Below are positions 54,937 through 63,381 of a stretch of 64,000 nt of DNA, piece after piece. The notes under the pieces were generated by a model. The model was given only the letters and a program-made list of their open reading frames with translations, did not search any database and was not told where the DNA came from. Within the stretch, counting starts at the first letter, position 1. Each line of letters starts with the position of its first letter. The position numbers were made by a program, and so were the translations under genes. Origin of the DNA: Parachlamydiales bacterium (GTDB lineage Bacteria; Chlamydiota; Chlamydiia; Chlamydiales; SM23-39); NCBI GenBank assembly GCA_019694475.1, contig JAIBBX010000003.1:248497-312496 (forward strand), given 5' to 3'.

Positions 54937-55253
54937 AAGGGCTCACACGTCAGTCCCGCTGGTCAGCGAGTCCCACTGCGTGTCAGTGCTAAGGGGAGGC
55001 CCCTCGCACCCCAAAACGCTTCGCGTTCACAAGCTTTCTTGTGTTCCGACAACTTTCATTTTTCTTCGAAAAAAGAGAAGTCGTTGTGAGGGCCCCACGC
55101 CTAACGGCGAGTAAAGGGGGGAGTCCGAGAGGGGGCAAGCCAGCCCCCCTTCGCTAGTGGGGTGGATAGGAAGGTGGGCTTCCCTTCCTTATGTTCTGGC
55201 ACACGAGGGTGCAAGCCCTTAGTTTTGCATTTTGCATTCTGCATTTTGCGTTT
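54937..55253. repeat. GC-rich palindromic repeat element, copy E3, with a heptanucleotide array
   Basis: Ends aagggctcacacg / cgagggtgcaagccctt. Core at 54984-55012. A (TTTTGCA)-like x4 array at 55223-55253 is the reverse complement of the E1 array at 29652-29686. Confidence 0.75.
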
Positions 55254-55256
55254 ATA

Positions 55257-55772
55257 TTAGTATCTGGGTTGGTGGTTAACCCAACGTCTGATCCAGGCGT
55301 CGATCGAAACGCGGCCCGGTCCAAAAATAAAGACGAGCAAAGTCGTAATCAGGAACGGGTAGGGGTTTTCGCCAGCGAGCGATTTTGGATCGAGAATAAA
55401 CGAGAAATTTGCAAGATTTTCGGCGTGCGCAGTAGTGAGGGCGGTGATCAGAATGATTGTGAGAGGGATGGAGATGAGTCTGGATGCAAAGCCAATGAAA
55501 AGCAAGATGCCTCCGATCGCTTCTAAATGAGCGACCAAATAGGCATGGATTTCAGGGTGGGGTAACCCTAACTTTGTAAAAAAAGCGATGGTGTCAGGAA
55601 AATTTTTAATCTTTTCAACGCCGCTTAATACAAACTGGTGGCCCCAGGTCATGCGCATGTAAAGGAGGAACAGGCTCTGTAGGTTAGAACCAATTTTAAT
55701 CAATAAGCCGTAAGCCTTATCCATCCAATACAGGAACCGGTTCTCAAGCATATCTATCCCCTTTTTCCGCAT
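55257..55772 (-). CDS. DoxX-family membrane protein
   Basis: 4 TM segments and HAYLVAHLEAIGGILLFIGFASRL, typical of DoxX. Confidence 0.7.
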   Translation of the reverse strand: MRKKGIDMLENRFLYWMDKAYGLLIKIGSNLQSLFLLYMRMTWGHQFVLSGVEKIKNFPDTIAFFTKLGLPHPEIHAYLVAHLEAIGGILLFIGFASRLISIPLTIILITALTTAHAENLANFSFILDPKSLAGENPYPFLITTLLVFIFGPGRVSIDAWIRRWVNHQPRY

Positions 55773-55793
55773 TATGCTATACTTTTCGGTACC

Positions 55794-56825
55794 ATGAAAG
55801 AAATTTGTTCATTTTCATTGAAAGATCTCAAAGTTTGGATGGAAGAAAACGGCGAAAAAGCGTTCCGCGCCCCCCAAATTTTTGACTGGATTTATGCTAA
55901 GGATGCCCAGAATTTTGACGCCATGACCAACATGAGCAAAGAGTTCAGGGCCAAATTGGCAAACGAGTTCTCGTTCCCTGTTTTAAAACTCTTGAAAACC
56001 CAAGAATCTGAAGATCTGGAAACGATCAAATATCTTTGGGAGCTGCCAGATCAAAAGAGAGTCGAATCGGTTCTGATTATGTCTGGAGACCGCCGCACAG
56101 TTTGTATTTCATGCCAAGTTGGATGCCCAGCCAGATGCGCCTTTTGCGCGTCGGGAAAAGAGGGGCTGATGCGCAACTTAAGTCCTGCCGAAATTGTTGA
56201 GCAGGTTCTCCACATCAACCGCTCGCTGAAAGGAAAAGGGGAGCGAGTTTCCCATCTCGTTTTCATGGGAATGGGCGAACCGATGGAAAACTATGATGCC
56301 GTTGTGAAAGCAATTCAGATCTTCAATGCGGAAGAAGGCCTTGGAATTTCTCAAAGACGTATTACCGTTTCTACGGTCGGAGTGGTAGAAGGAATCCACA
56401 AGCTTGCCAAAGAAGAGCTCAAAGTAAATTTGGTTCTTTCTCTGCACGCCCCAAATCAGCATATCCGGAAAAAAATCATTCCGTACGCACGAAAATATCC
56501 GTTTGAAGAAGTGATCATGGCTATGGAAGCCTACTCAAGAGAAACCAAACGGGACATTACTTATGAATATACACTGATGGAAGGAATTAACGACCGTCCC
56601 CAGCATGCTGAAGAATTGGCGCAGCTTTTGTCAGGTAAACAGTGCACGGTCAACTTGATTCCATACAATCCGGTAGATGGGCTTCGATTGCAAAGGCCCA
56701 AAAGAGAAGCCATTGAAGAGTTTCGCGAAATTCTCGAACAAGCTGGCATCAACACCACTTGGCGCTACACGAAAGGAAAAGATATTGCCGCAGCTTGCGG
56801 TCAACTAGCGTTGCAAAAAAGTTAG
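55794..56825 (+). CDS. rlmN: 23S rRNA/tRNA m2A methyltransferase RlmN (radical SAM)
   Basis: CISCQVGCPARCAFCASG, GMGEP, and a C-terminal Cys (AAACGQL). Confidence 0.9.
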   Translation: MKEICSFSLKDLKVWMEENGEKAFRAPQIFDWIYAKDAQNFDAMTNMSKEFRAKLANEFSFPVLKLLKTQESEDLETIKYLWELPDQKRVESVLIMSGDRRTVCISCQVGCPARCAFCASGKEGLMRNLSPAEIVEQVLHINRSLKGKGERVSHLVFMGMGEPMENYDAVVKAIQIFNAEEGLGISQRRITVSTVGVVEGIHKLAKEELKVNLVLSLHAPNQHIRKKIIPYARKYPFEEVIMAMEAYSRETKRDITYEYTLMEGINDRPQHAEELAQLLSGKQCTVNLIPYNPVDGLRLQRPKREAIEEFREILEQAGINTTWRYTKGKDIAAACGQLALQKS

Positions 56826-56848
56826 ACATTCTTTTATCTTATCAGCAA

Positions 56849-57430
56849 ATGAATCCGTCGCATTACTTGACGCTGCTCAGAATCGTCTTGAGCCCCATCT
56901 TCCCAATCCTCTACCTGGAAAGGGAATGGCTCGGGATACCGCTTGTTTGGCTTCCCTATATCCTTTTGTTTCTTCTGATTATCTGCGAATGCTCCGACGT
57001 CTTGGACGGGATGCTCGCACGAAAGCGGAACGAGGTGACTGAGCTCGGAAAAGTGCTCGACCCGATGGCCGACAGCATTACTCACATTTCCTTGTTTCTA
57101 ACCTTTACCCAAGGAATCGTCTCTTTGCCTCTTCTCCTTGTGTTTGTCTTCCTTTACCGCGATCTTTTCATTAGCACTTTGAGAACTCTGTGCGCATTGA
57201 GAGGCGTGGCTTTGGCAGCAAGGTTTAGCGGGAAAATGAAAGCCGTTTTACAGGCGGCAGTCGCCTTTTTGATTATTCTTTTAATGATCCCTTATTCGAC
57301 GGGACTCATCTCGCTTGCTCTTTTCCAGCATATCTGCCTATTTTCTGTTTCTGTAGCAGCTCTATATACGCTGGCTTCAATTGGCGACTACGTTTATGCG
57401 AATTGGGTTTACATCAAGCGCGCTTTTTAA
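56849..57430 (+). CDS. pgsA: CDP-diacylglycerol--glycerol-3-phosphate 3-phosphatidyltransferase
   Basis: CDP-alcohol phosphatidyltransferase motif DVLDGMLARKRNEVTELGKVLDPMADS. ATG at 56849; the track start is 56759. Confidence 0.85.
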   Translation: MNPSHYLTLLRIVLSPIFPILYLEREWLGIPLVWLPYILLFLLIICECSDVLDGMLARKRNEVTELGKVLDPMADSITHISLFLTFTQGIVSLPLLLVFVFLYRDLFISTLRTLCALRGVALAARFSGKMKAVLQAAVAFLIILLMIPYSTGLISLALFQHICLFSVSVAALYTLASIGDYVYANWVYIKRAF

Positions 57431-58867
57431 AAGCGTTCGATAGAGTTTGATATATTCTAAAGTAGGATTTTTCCAGCTGAAATCAGTCTGCATGCCTCTA
57501 CGGATGAGTGTTTGAAAAGTAACAGGATCGGAATTAAATAGCTCAAAGGCCCTTTTCAGGGTTTGATTCATCGAAGCCTTGGTTGCATCGCGAAAGACAA
57601 ACCCATTCCGTTTTACTGCAGGAGTTGAAGAATCTTCGGCATCAAAAACGGTATCTTTTAGGCCGCCAGTAGACCGGACAATCGGAACAGTGCCGTAGCG
57701 CATAGCGATCATCTGGGTTAGCCCGCATGGTTCGTAGTGCGAAGGAACAAGCAAAAGATCGAGAGCCGCATAAAGCTCATGGGCAAGCTGCTCGTTGTAT
57801 TCGAATTGGAATAAGACTCGGGCGTTTCCTTCGTATTTTTTCTTCAATTGGTTGAAATGCTCCTGCATCTTCGGATGAGGAGATGAGCCGAGAAGAGCGT
57901 AACTGCCTCCCAACTTAAGGGTAGTTTCAATTGCCTCTTCAAGAAGTTCAGGTCCTTTTTGAACGACGAGCCTTGTGATCGCGCCTATCCAGGGCCGCTT
58001 CGTGCCATCGAGCTTGATTTTCGCGCGCGCCGCCTGTTTGCCCTTGGCTACCGATTCCGTGCTGTAATGCATAGAAAGAGCAGGATCTTTTTCCGGATCC
58101 CAAATTTTTTGATCGATTCCATTGAGAATGCCAAAAATTTTCGGCTTTAACTTTCGTAAAGTGCCGTCGAGCCCGCCTCCATATTGCGGGGTGAGGATTT
58201 CCTGAGCATAGGTTGGGGACACGGGGATAAGAGCATCTGAAAATACGAGCCCCCCTTTAAGCAGGTTGATCGTTTTTGGGTGCTTTGGGTTGTCGTCTTG
58301 CAGGAGGTGCGGGGCTAGATAAAAATCGCCCTTAAGCCCAATCCGGTCGAGGTCGGAAACTGCACATTTGCCTTGATATTCAATATTGTGGATCGATAGA
58401 ACAATCGATTTGACCCTCAGTTGAGTAAAAAGATGTCTTACCATGGGGGCGCAAAGAGCTACATGCCAATCATGGAGATGCAGGACGTCGATCGGTTTGT
58501 TTTGCAAAGCTAGATATTCAAGAGCGGCTCTGGAAAAATAGGTGAATCGAGCGATATCATCCTCGCAGCCATAGATTTTCCCTCTATGAAAATAGCCTGC
58601 AGGGTGGCGAGATTCTAAAAGGCGCAGTTGACACTCCTCATAGCGGCAGGACCAAACGGCGTTTTGGCTATCAAGACACTTGAAGTTAGGAACTTCAATA
58701 CTTAAATTTTGCACTTTGGAAAGGTCGATCAAATCATATTTTGGAAGGATGACTTCGACATCGAGCCCTTTTTTTGATACTTCTCTCGTGAGGCCGAGAA
58801 GAACTTCTCCAAGTCCTCCAGCCTTTGCGATAGGGGCAAATTCAGCTGCCAAATGAACGATTCTCAT
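57377..58867 (-). CDS. glgA: Glycogen synthase
   Basis: MRIVHLAAEFAPIAKAGGLGEV (KxGGL motif). GT5 length. Confidence 0.9.
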   Translation of the reverse strand: MRIVHLAAEFAPIAKAGGLGEVLLGLTREVSKKGLDVEVILPKYDLIDLSKVQNLSIEVPNFKCLDSQNAVWSCRYEECQLRLLESRHPAGYFHRGKIYGCEDDIARFTYFSRAALEYLALQNKPIDVLHLHDWHVALCAPMVRHLFTQLRVKSIVLSIHNIEYQGKCAVSDLDRIGLKGDFYLAPHLLQDDNPKHPKTINLLKGGLVFSDALIPVSPTYAQEILTPQYGGGLDGTLRKLKPKIFGILNGIDQKIWDPEKDPALSMHYSTESVAKGKQAARAKIKLDGTKRPWIGAITRLVVQKGPELLEEAIETTLKLGGSYALLGSSPHPKMQEHFNQLKKKYEGNARVLFQFEYNEQLAHELYAALDLLLVPSHYEPCGLTQMIAMRYGTVPIVRSTGGLKDTVFDAEDSSTPAVKRNGFVFRDATKASMNQTLKRAFELFNSDPVTFQTLIRRGMQTDFSWKNPTLEYIKLYRTLLKSALDVNPIRINVVAN

Positions 58868-58950
58868 GAGTCTTCATATAGCGATTGAGAGGATTTCTTG
58901 CCAAATATATCCCAACTTGGCTATGATGGCTGCTTTAAATTTTTCAATGG

Positions 58951-59022
58951 TGGGGCGTCGCCAAGCGGTAAGGCAGCGGTTTTTGGTACCGCCATGCGGA
59001 GGTTCGAATCCTTCCGCCCCAA
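58951..59022 (+). tRNA. tRNA-Gln (anticodon UUG)
   Basis: Hand-folded cloverleaf. Acceptor tggggcg/cgcccca, 3-bp D stem, anticodon stem gcggt/accgc with loop ttTTGgt, and T arm ggagg-ttcgaat-ccttc. CCA is not encoded. Confidence 0.85.
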
Positions 59023-59034
59023 GTAGAAAAAAGA

Positions 59035-59964
59035 ATGGCCCAGTCACCTCTTATTTTTGCAGGAACTTCTCACCCGGAGCTTGCGCGCGAAGTGGCAAAA
59101 CACTTGAAGCTCGAGCTGGGTAAGGCGGCTTTTGAAGCGTTTCCTGATGGTGAAATTGGCGTTCAGGTTCTCGAGAACGTGAGGGGAAGGGATGTGTTTA
59201 TCATCCAATCGCCTGCAAGGCACCCCAATCGATACTTGATGGAACTGCTCATTTTGGTTGACGCGCTGAAGCGCGCTTCAGCAAAGAGCATAGTGGCAGT
59301 TTTGCCCTACTATGCTTATGCAAGGCAAGACCGAAAAGAGAAAGGGCGTGTGCCCATCACAGCGAGATTGATTGCAAATCTGCTTGAAAGAGCAGGCGTC
59401 ACCCGTCTCCTGACGATGGATTTGCATACAGAGCAGATCCAGGGATTTTTCGATATCCCTGTAGATCATCTGTATGCAAGGCCTCTTTTTGTAGAGGCGT
59501 TGAAAAAACGGAAATTGAAAGATGCCGTTATTGTTTCTCCTGATATCGGGAGCAACAAGATGGCGAGAAAGTTTGCTGAAGATTTAAAGTTAGAGATCGC
59601 GATTGTCGATAAACGCCGGATCAATGGGCGCGACGTAGAAGTGAATGCTCTGATCGGCAACGTGAAAGACAAGGTGGCTATCCTGGTTGATGATATTAGT
59701 TCAACCGGTGGAACCTTGAAAATGGCTGCAAAAGTATGCCTCAAGGAAGGGGCAAAAGCCGTTTACGCAGTTGTAGCCCATGGACTTTTATTGGGCGGGC
59801 ATAAGTTGAAGGGAATTGACGAGCTTTATGTGACCAATTCGGTTCCCCAAGATGATAAGCCTAAGGGGATGCATGTCGTGTCGATAGCTCCGCTCCTTGC
59901 AGAAGCGATAGAATGTGTGATTTCGGCAAAGTCGATCTCATCGATGTTTAAGAGGAAAGTATGA
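59035..59964 (+). CDS. prs: Ribose-phosphate pyrophosphokinase
   Basis: PYYAYARQDRK and the PRPP-binding loop VAILVDDISSTGGTL. Confidence 0.9.
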   Translation: MAQSPLIFAGTSHPELAREVAKHLKLELGKAAFEAFPDGEIGVQVLENVRGRDVFIIQSPARHPNRYLMELLILVDALKRASAKSIVAVLPYYAYARQDRKEKGRVPITARLIANLLERAGVTRLLTMDLHTEQIQGFFDIPVDHLYARPLFVEALKKRKLKDAVIVSPDIGSNKMARKFAEDLKLEIAIVDKRRINGRDVEVNALIGNVKDKVAILVDDISSTGGTLKMAAKVCLKEGAKAVYAVVAHGLLLGGHKLKGIDELYVTNSVPQDDKPKGMHVVSIAPLLAEAIECVISAKSISSMFKRKV

Positions 59965-60527
59965 AATTAGAATTAGCGAAAAGAACATCCGGTAAGAAAG
60001 GGGAGAACAACAGACTCCGCCGGGAAGGGAATATTCCAGCCATTCTCTATAATTCGAAAGGCGAAGGACACCCTGTCACTGTGAAAGGTGAAGAACTCAA
60101 AGCGATTTTGCGTGGAATGAAGTCAGGTTTGCTCTCCACGACTGTGTTTGAGTTGCATATTGATGGCAAACGGGTCAAAGCGCTTGTCAAAGAAGTGCAA
60201 TATCATGTAGCTAGCTATGACATCGAGCACATCGATTTCTTGCAGCTTACTGATAATGAAGAAGTGACAGTGAATGTGCCAATCCAAATGACTGGCGTTG
60301 CTGATTGCGCAGGAGTGAAACTGGGCGGGTTCTTGAGACAAGTGATCCGTTCGATGAAAGTTTCTTGCTTGCCAAAACACATTCCGCAAGAGTTTTCTAT
60401 CGATGTGCGCGAAATGGGCATTGCTCAATCAAAAACCCTCGCAGACATTGCGCTTCCTTCTCATATCAAGCCGCTCTCTCGAATGAACGAAGTTGCGGTT
60501 GTAGTTGGTAAGAAAGCAGGAACGTAA
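59961..60527 (+). CDS. ctc: 50S ribosomal protein L25 / general stress protein Ctc
   Basis: RREGNIPAILY...VQYHVASYDIEHIDF. Two-domain Ctc length. Confidence 0.85.
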   Translation: MKLELAKRTSGKKGENNRLRREGNIPAILYNSKGEGHPVTVKGEELKAILRGMKSGLLSTTVFELHIDGKRVKALVKEVQYHVASYDIEHIDFLQLTDNEEVTVNVPIQMTGVADCAGVKLGGFLRQVIRSMKVSCLPKHIPQEFSIDVREMGIAQSKTLADIALPSHIKPLSRMNEVAVVVGKKAGT

Positions 60528-61148
60528 TTGGTTGTGGCACAGTTTCTCATAGTAGGACTCGGCAATCCCGGAAAAACCTACGAAAGGACGCGCCACAATA
60601 TTGGCTTTGAAGCTGTAGATATACTGGCCCGAAAACATGGGCTGGAATTCAAAAAACAGCTGAAGTTTAAAGGCTCTCTCGCCGAGGGCAAAATCGGCGA
60701 AGATGAAGTTAGAATATTAAAGCCGCTGACTTTTATGAATCTCAGCGGCGAGTCAGTAGCGCTCGTAATGCGCTACTTTCAAATTGATCTGTCTCGGCTG
60801 CTCATCCTTGTCGATGATGTAGCGCTTCCTTTGGGACAGCTGCGAATCCGAATCAATAGCGGTTCAGGCGGACATAATGGCTTGAAGAGCGTTGAAGAAT
60901 GTTTGCAGACGAATCGTTATCCTCGGCTCCGCATTGGAGTGGGGGATAGAGATCACGGAGACCTGTCAGACCATGTGTTGGGCCGGTTTTCGAAGGAGGA
61001 AGAAACGCTCCTTCCAAGCGTTTTGGAAAGAGTGGTCCAAGCTGTTGAAATTTGGCTGGACGAAGGTTTAACCAGTGCGATGAATTACGCGAATAAAGAT
61101 AAGAATTCATCGTCTCCGAGCATTGGAGAAGAAAATGAAGAAGCATGA
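60528..61148 (+). CDS. pth: Peptidyl-tRNA hydrolase
   Basis: LIVGLGNPGKTYERTRHNIGF and GGHNGLKS. The start is TTG at 60528 or GTG at 60534. Confidence 0.9.
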   Translation: MVVAQFLIVGLGNPGKTYERTRHNIGFEAVDILARKHGLEFKKQLKFKGSLAEGKIGEDEVRILKPLTFMNLSGESVALVMRYFQIDLSRLLILVDDVALPLGQLRIRINSGSGGHNGLKSVEECLQTNRYPRLRIGVGDRDHGDLSDHVLGRFSKEEETLLPSVLERVVQAVEIWLDEGLTSAMNYANKDKNSSSPSIGEENEEA

Positions 61149-61482
61149 GCGAAAAGGGCTCTATGAAGGGATGTACATCCTAAGCGCGACGCTGAGCGAT
61201 GATTCCCGAAAAAAAGCCTTTGATAAAATTACCGATGGGATCACCCAAAAAGGGGGAGAGATCCATAAAGTCCACGAGCAAGGGCGTAAAAGACTCGCCT
61301 ATGAAATCGATGGAAAACGAGAAGGCTATTATTACGTTCTCTATTTCACAGCGCCAACTCAAATCATTGGCGATCTTTGGAAAGAGTACCACCTGCATGA
61401 GGATCTGATCCGGTTTGTTACAATGCGAACAGAGAAAGTTCTCGATACACTCGAATTCAAACCCCTCAAGATGCAAGGTTAA
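61135..61482 (+). CDS. rpsF: 30S ribosomal protein S6
   Basis: YEGMYIL...GRKRLAYEI.....GYYYVLYF. GGAG SD before the ATG at 61135. Confidence 0.9.
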   Translation: MKKHERKGLYEGMYILSATLSDDSRKKAFDKITDGITQKGGEIHKVHEQGRKRLAYEIDGKREGYYYVLYFTAPTQIIGDLWKEYHLHEDLIRFVTMRTEKVLDTLEFKPLKMQG

Positions 61483-61485
61483 TCC

Positions 61486-61776
61486 ATGAGAAGACAGCAA
61501 TATCAATCTCAAGAATATTCATCACCAGCGGCAGGAGCTCCTGGCGAAGCATCTTCTCCTTTTGCGAAGAAGAAAAAAGTGTGCCCATTTGTTGCGGCGA
61601 AAGTGGATAAAATCGACTTCAAAGACATTGAAACTTTAAAGCAATTCATCACCGAGCGCGGTAAGATTTTGCCAAGAAGAATCACCGGAGTGTCTTATTT
61701 TTATCAAAAACTTTTGAAAAAAGCGGTTAAGCAGGCCCGCCATATGGCGCTGCTCCCATTCGTGGCGGAGGAATAA
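61486..61776 (+). CDS. rpsR: 30S ribosomal protein S18
   Basis: [50 protein letters not shown]. Confidence 0.9.
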   Translation: MRRQQYQSQEYSSPAAGAPGEASSPFAKKKKVCPFVAAKVDKIDFKDIETLKQFITERGKILPRRITGVSYFYQKLLKKAVKQARHMALLPFVAEE

Positions 61777-61777
61777 G

Positions 61778-62305
61778 ATGAAACAACAATTATTGCTCCT
61801 CCAAGATGTAGAATCGCTTGGCAAAAAAGGGGAGATTGTCTCCGCTAAGCCGGGTTATGTAAGAAACTTCCTTCTTCCAAAAGGCCTCGCAGTGATTGCA
61901 AGCCCAAACACTCTCCGCAAGCAAGAGCGCTTAAGAGCAGAACGGGCAAAACAAGCTGTAGTCGACCGCAGAGAATCGGAAGAGCTCGCGATCCAAATCG
62001 AAGGAACTTCTTTGGAAATCCGCGTGAAAGTGGACCCAGAAGGCCACATGTATGGTTCTGTATCTGCTGCAGATATCGCACATCTTTTCCAAGAGAAAGG
62101 ACTGCCTGTCGATAAGAAATCTGTTCTTGTGACAAAGCCAATCAAAGAAACTGGCGCGCACAAGATCTCTCTCAGACTCAAAGAAGGCGTTACCGCTTCT
62201 TGCCAATTGGCGATCATCCCAGAAGGTGTCGCTCATGTAGGTATCGAAGCAGTGACTGCACCGCTCCCATCTGAAGAGACAAAAGAAGAAGAGAAATCTG
62301 AGTAA
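61778..62305 (+). CDS. rplI: 50S ribosomal protein L9
   Basis: LLLQDVESLGKKGEIVSAKPGYVRNFLLPKGLAV. Confidence 0.9.
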   Translation: MKQQLLLLQDVESLGKKGEIVSAKPGYVRNFLLPKGLAVIASPNTLRKQERLRAERAKQAVVDRRESEELAIQIEGTSLEIRVKVDPEGHMYGSVSAADIAHLFQEKGLPVDKKSVLVTKPIKETGAHKISLRLKEGVTASCQLAIIPEGVAHVGIEAVTAPLPSEETKEEEKSE

Positions 62306-62323
62306 AAATACTCACGGTTTTAT

Positions 62324-62366
62324 AACACCGAGGACGCTTCAACGAGAGTCCTCGGTGTTTTTTATT
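62324..62366 (+). terminator. Rho-independent terminator after rplI
   Basis: 12-bp stem aacaccgaggac/gtcctcggtgtt followed by ttttatt. Confidence 0.8.
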
Positions 62367-62391
62367 CCCATCAGTGGTAAGATTAACGGTT

Positions 62392-63381
62392 ATGAAACGA
62401 AAAATCGTTGTCACTGGCGCTTCTGGCATGATCGGATCTTGTCTGGTTCGCCATTTAAACGATCTTGGGTTTACCGATTTACTCCTAGTCGATGATCTCA
62501 AGTGCGGCGAGAAATGGAAAAACCTCGTTGGCAAACAATTTAATGACATCATTTCAAAACACGCACTTTTCGATTGGCTGAAGGGCAAAGAGTCCGAAGT
62601 CGATGCGATTTTTCATTTAGGTGCTTGTTCCGACACTGTTGAGAAAAATGCCGATTATCTCATCCAAAACAACTTCCACTATACCATCCAATTAGCCGAA
62701 TGGGCTCTGAACCATGGCAAGCGATTCATTTATGCATCGTCTGCTGCAACTTATGGCGATGGATCTCTCGGATTCAATGATGATGAGTCGTCTTTAGAAA
62801 CATTAAGACCGCTCAACATGTACGGCTACTCAAAACATCTCGTCGATCTCTGGATGAAACGGCAAAATGTTTTGAAGCAAGTTGTGGGATTGAAGTATTT
62901 CAATGTTTTCGGACCGAATGAATATCATAAAGGCCGCATGGCTTCGATGGTTTTAAAAATGATGGAAAAATCGCACGATGGAAGTGCAGTTCATCTTTTT
63001 AAATCGACAGATGCGAAATATTCAGACGGCGGACAAATGCGCGATTTCATTTATGTGAAAGACGCCGTAAAAATGACTGCCGCATTTCTAGATCCTAAAT
63101 TCAGAAATGTGGGCGGAATCTACAATGTGGGATTGGGAACTCCAACCACTTGGAATTTCTTGGCTGATGCATTTTTTAAAGCGATTCAGAAAAAAACGAA
63201 CATCGCTTACATCGATATGCCAGCCGATTTAGCGAAACAATATCAGCAATTTACTTGCGCTTCTATGGACAAATTCCATAAGATCTTCTCTCAGGATAGC
63301 AAGTACATACAAATGACGCCGATCCAAGATGCGGTGCGTGAATATGTACAAGACTACCTTGTGAGAAGTGATCGATGGTAA
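62392..63381 (+). CDS. hldD: ADP-L-glycero-D-manno-heptose 6-epimerase
   Basis: VTGASGMIGS, IFHLGACSDT, YASSAATYG, NMYGYSK, and KYFNVFGPNEYHKGRMAS closely parallel E. coli HldD/RfaD. Confidence 0.88.
   Translation: MKRKIVVTGASGMIGSCLVRHLNDLGFTDLLLVDDLKCGEKWKNLVGKQFNDIISKHALFDWLKGKESEVDAIFHLGACSDTVEKNADYLIQNNFHYTIQLAEWALNHGKRFIYASSAATYGDGSLGFNDDESSLETLRPLNMYGYSKHLVDLWMKRQNVLKQVVGLKYFNVFGPNEYHKGRMASMVLKMMEKSHDGSAVHLFKSTDAKYSDGGQMRDFIYVKDAVKMTAAFLDPKFRNVGGIYNVGLGTPTTWNFLADAFFKAIQKKTNIAYIDMPADLAKQYQQFTCASMDKFHKIFSQDSKYIQMTPIQDAVREYVQDYLVRSDRW

Noticed and set aside
55191-55526. 111-aa ORF starting at the SD-hairpin/ATG module of E3 and running antisense to doxX.
   Set aside because: It is entirely antisense to a well-supported DoxX gene and has no recognisable domain. 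The SD/ATG is noted only as a conserved feature of the repeat.
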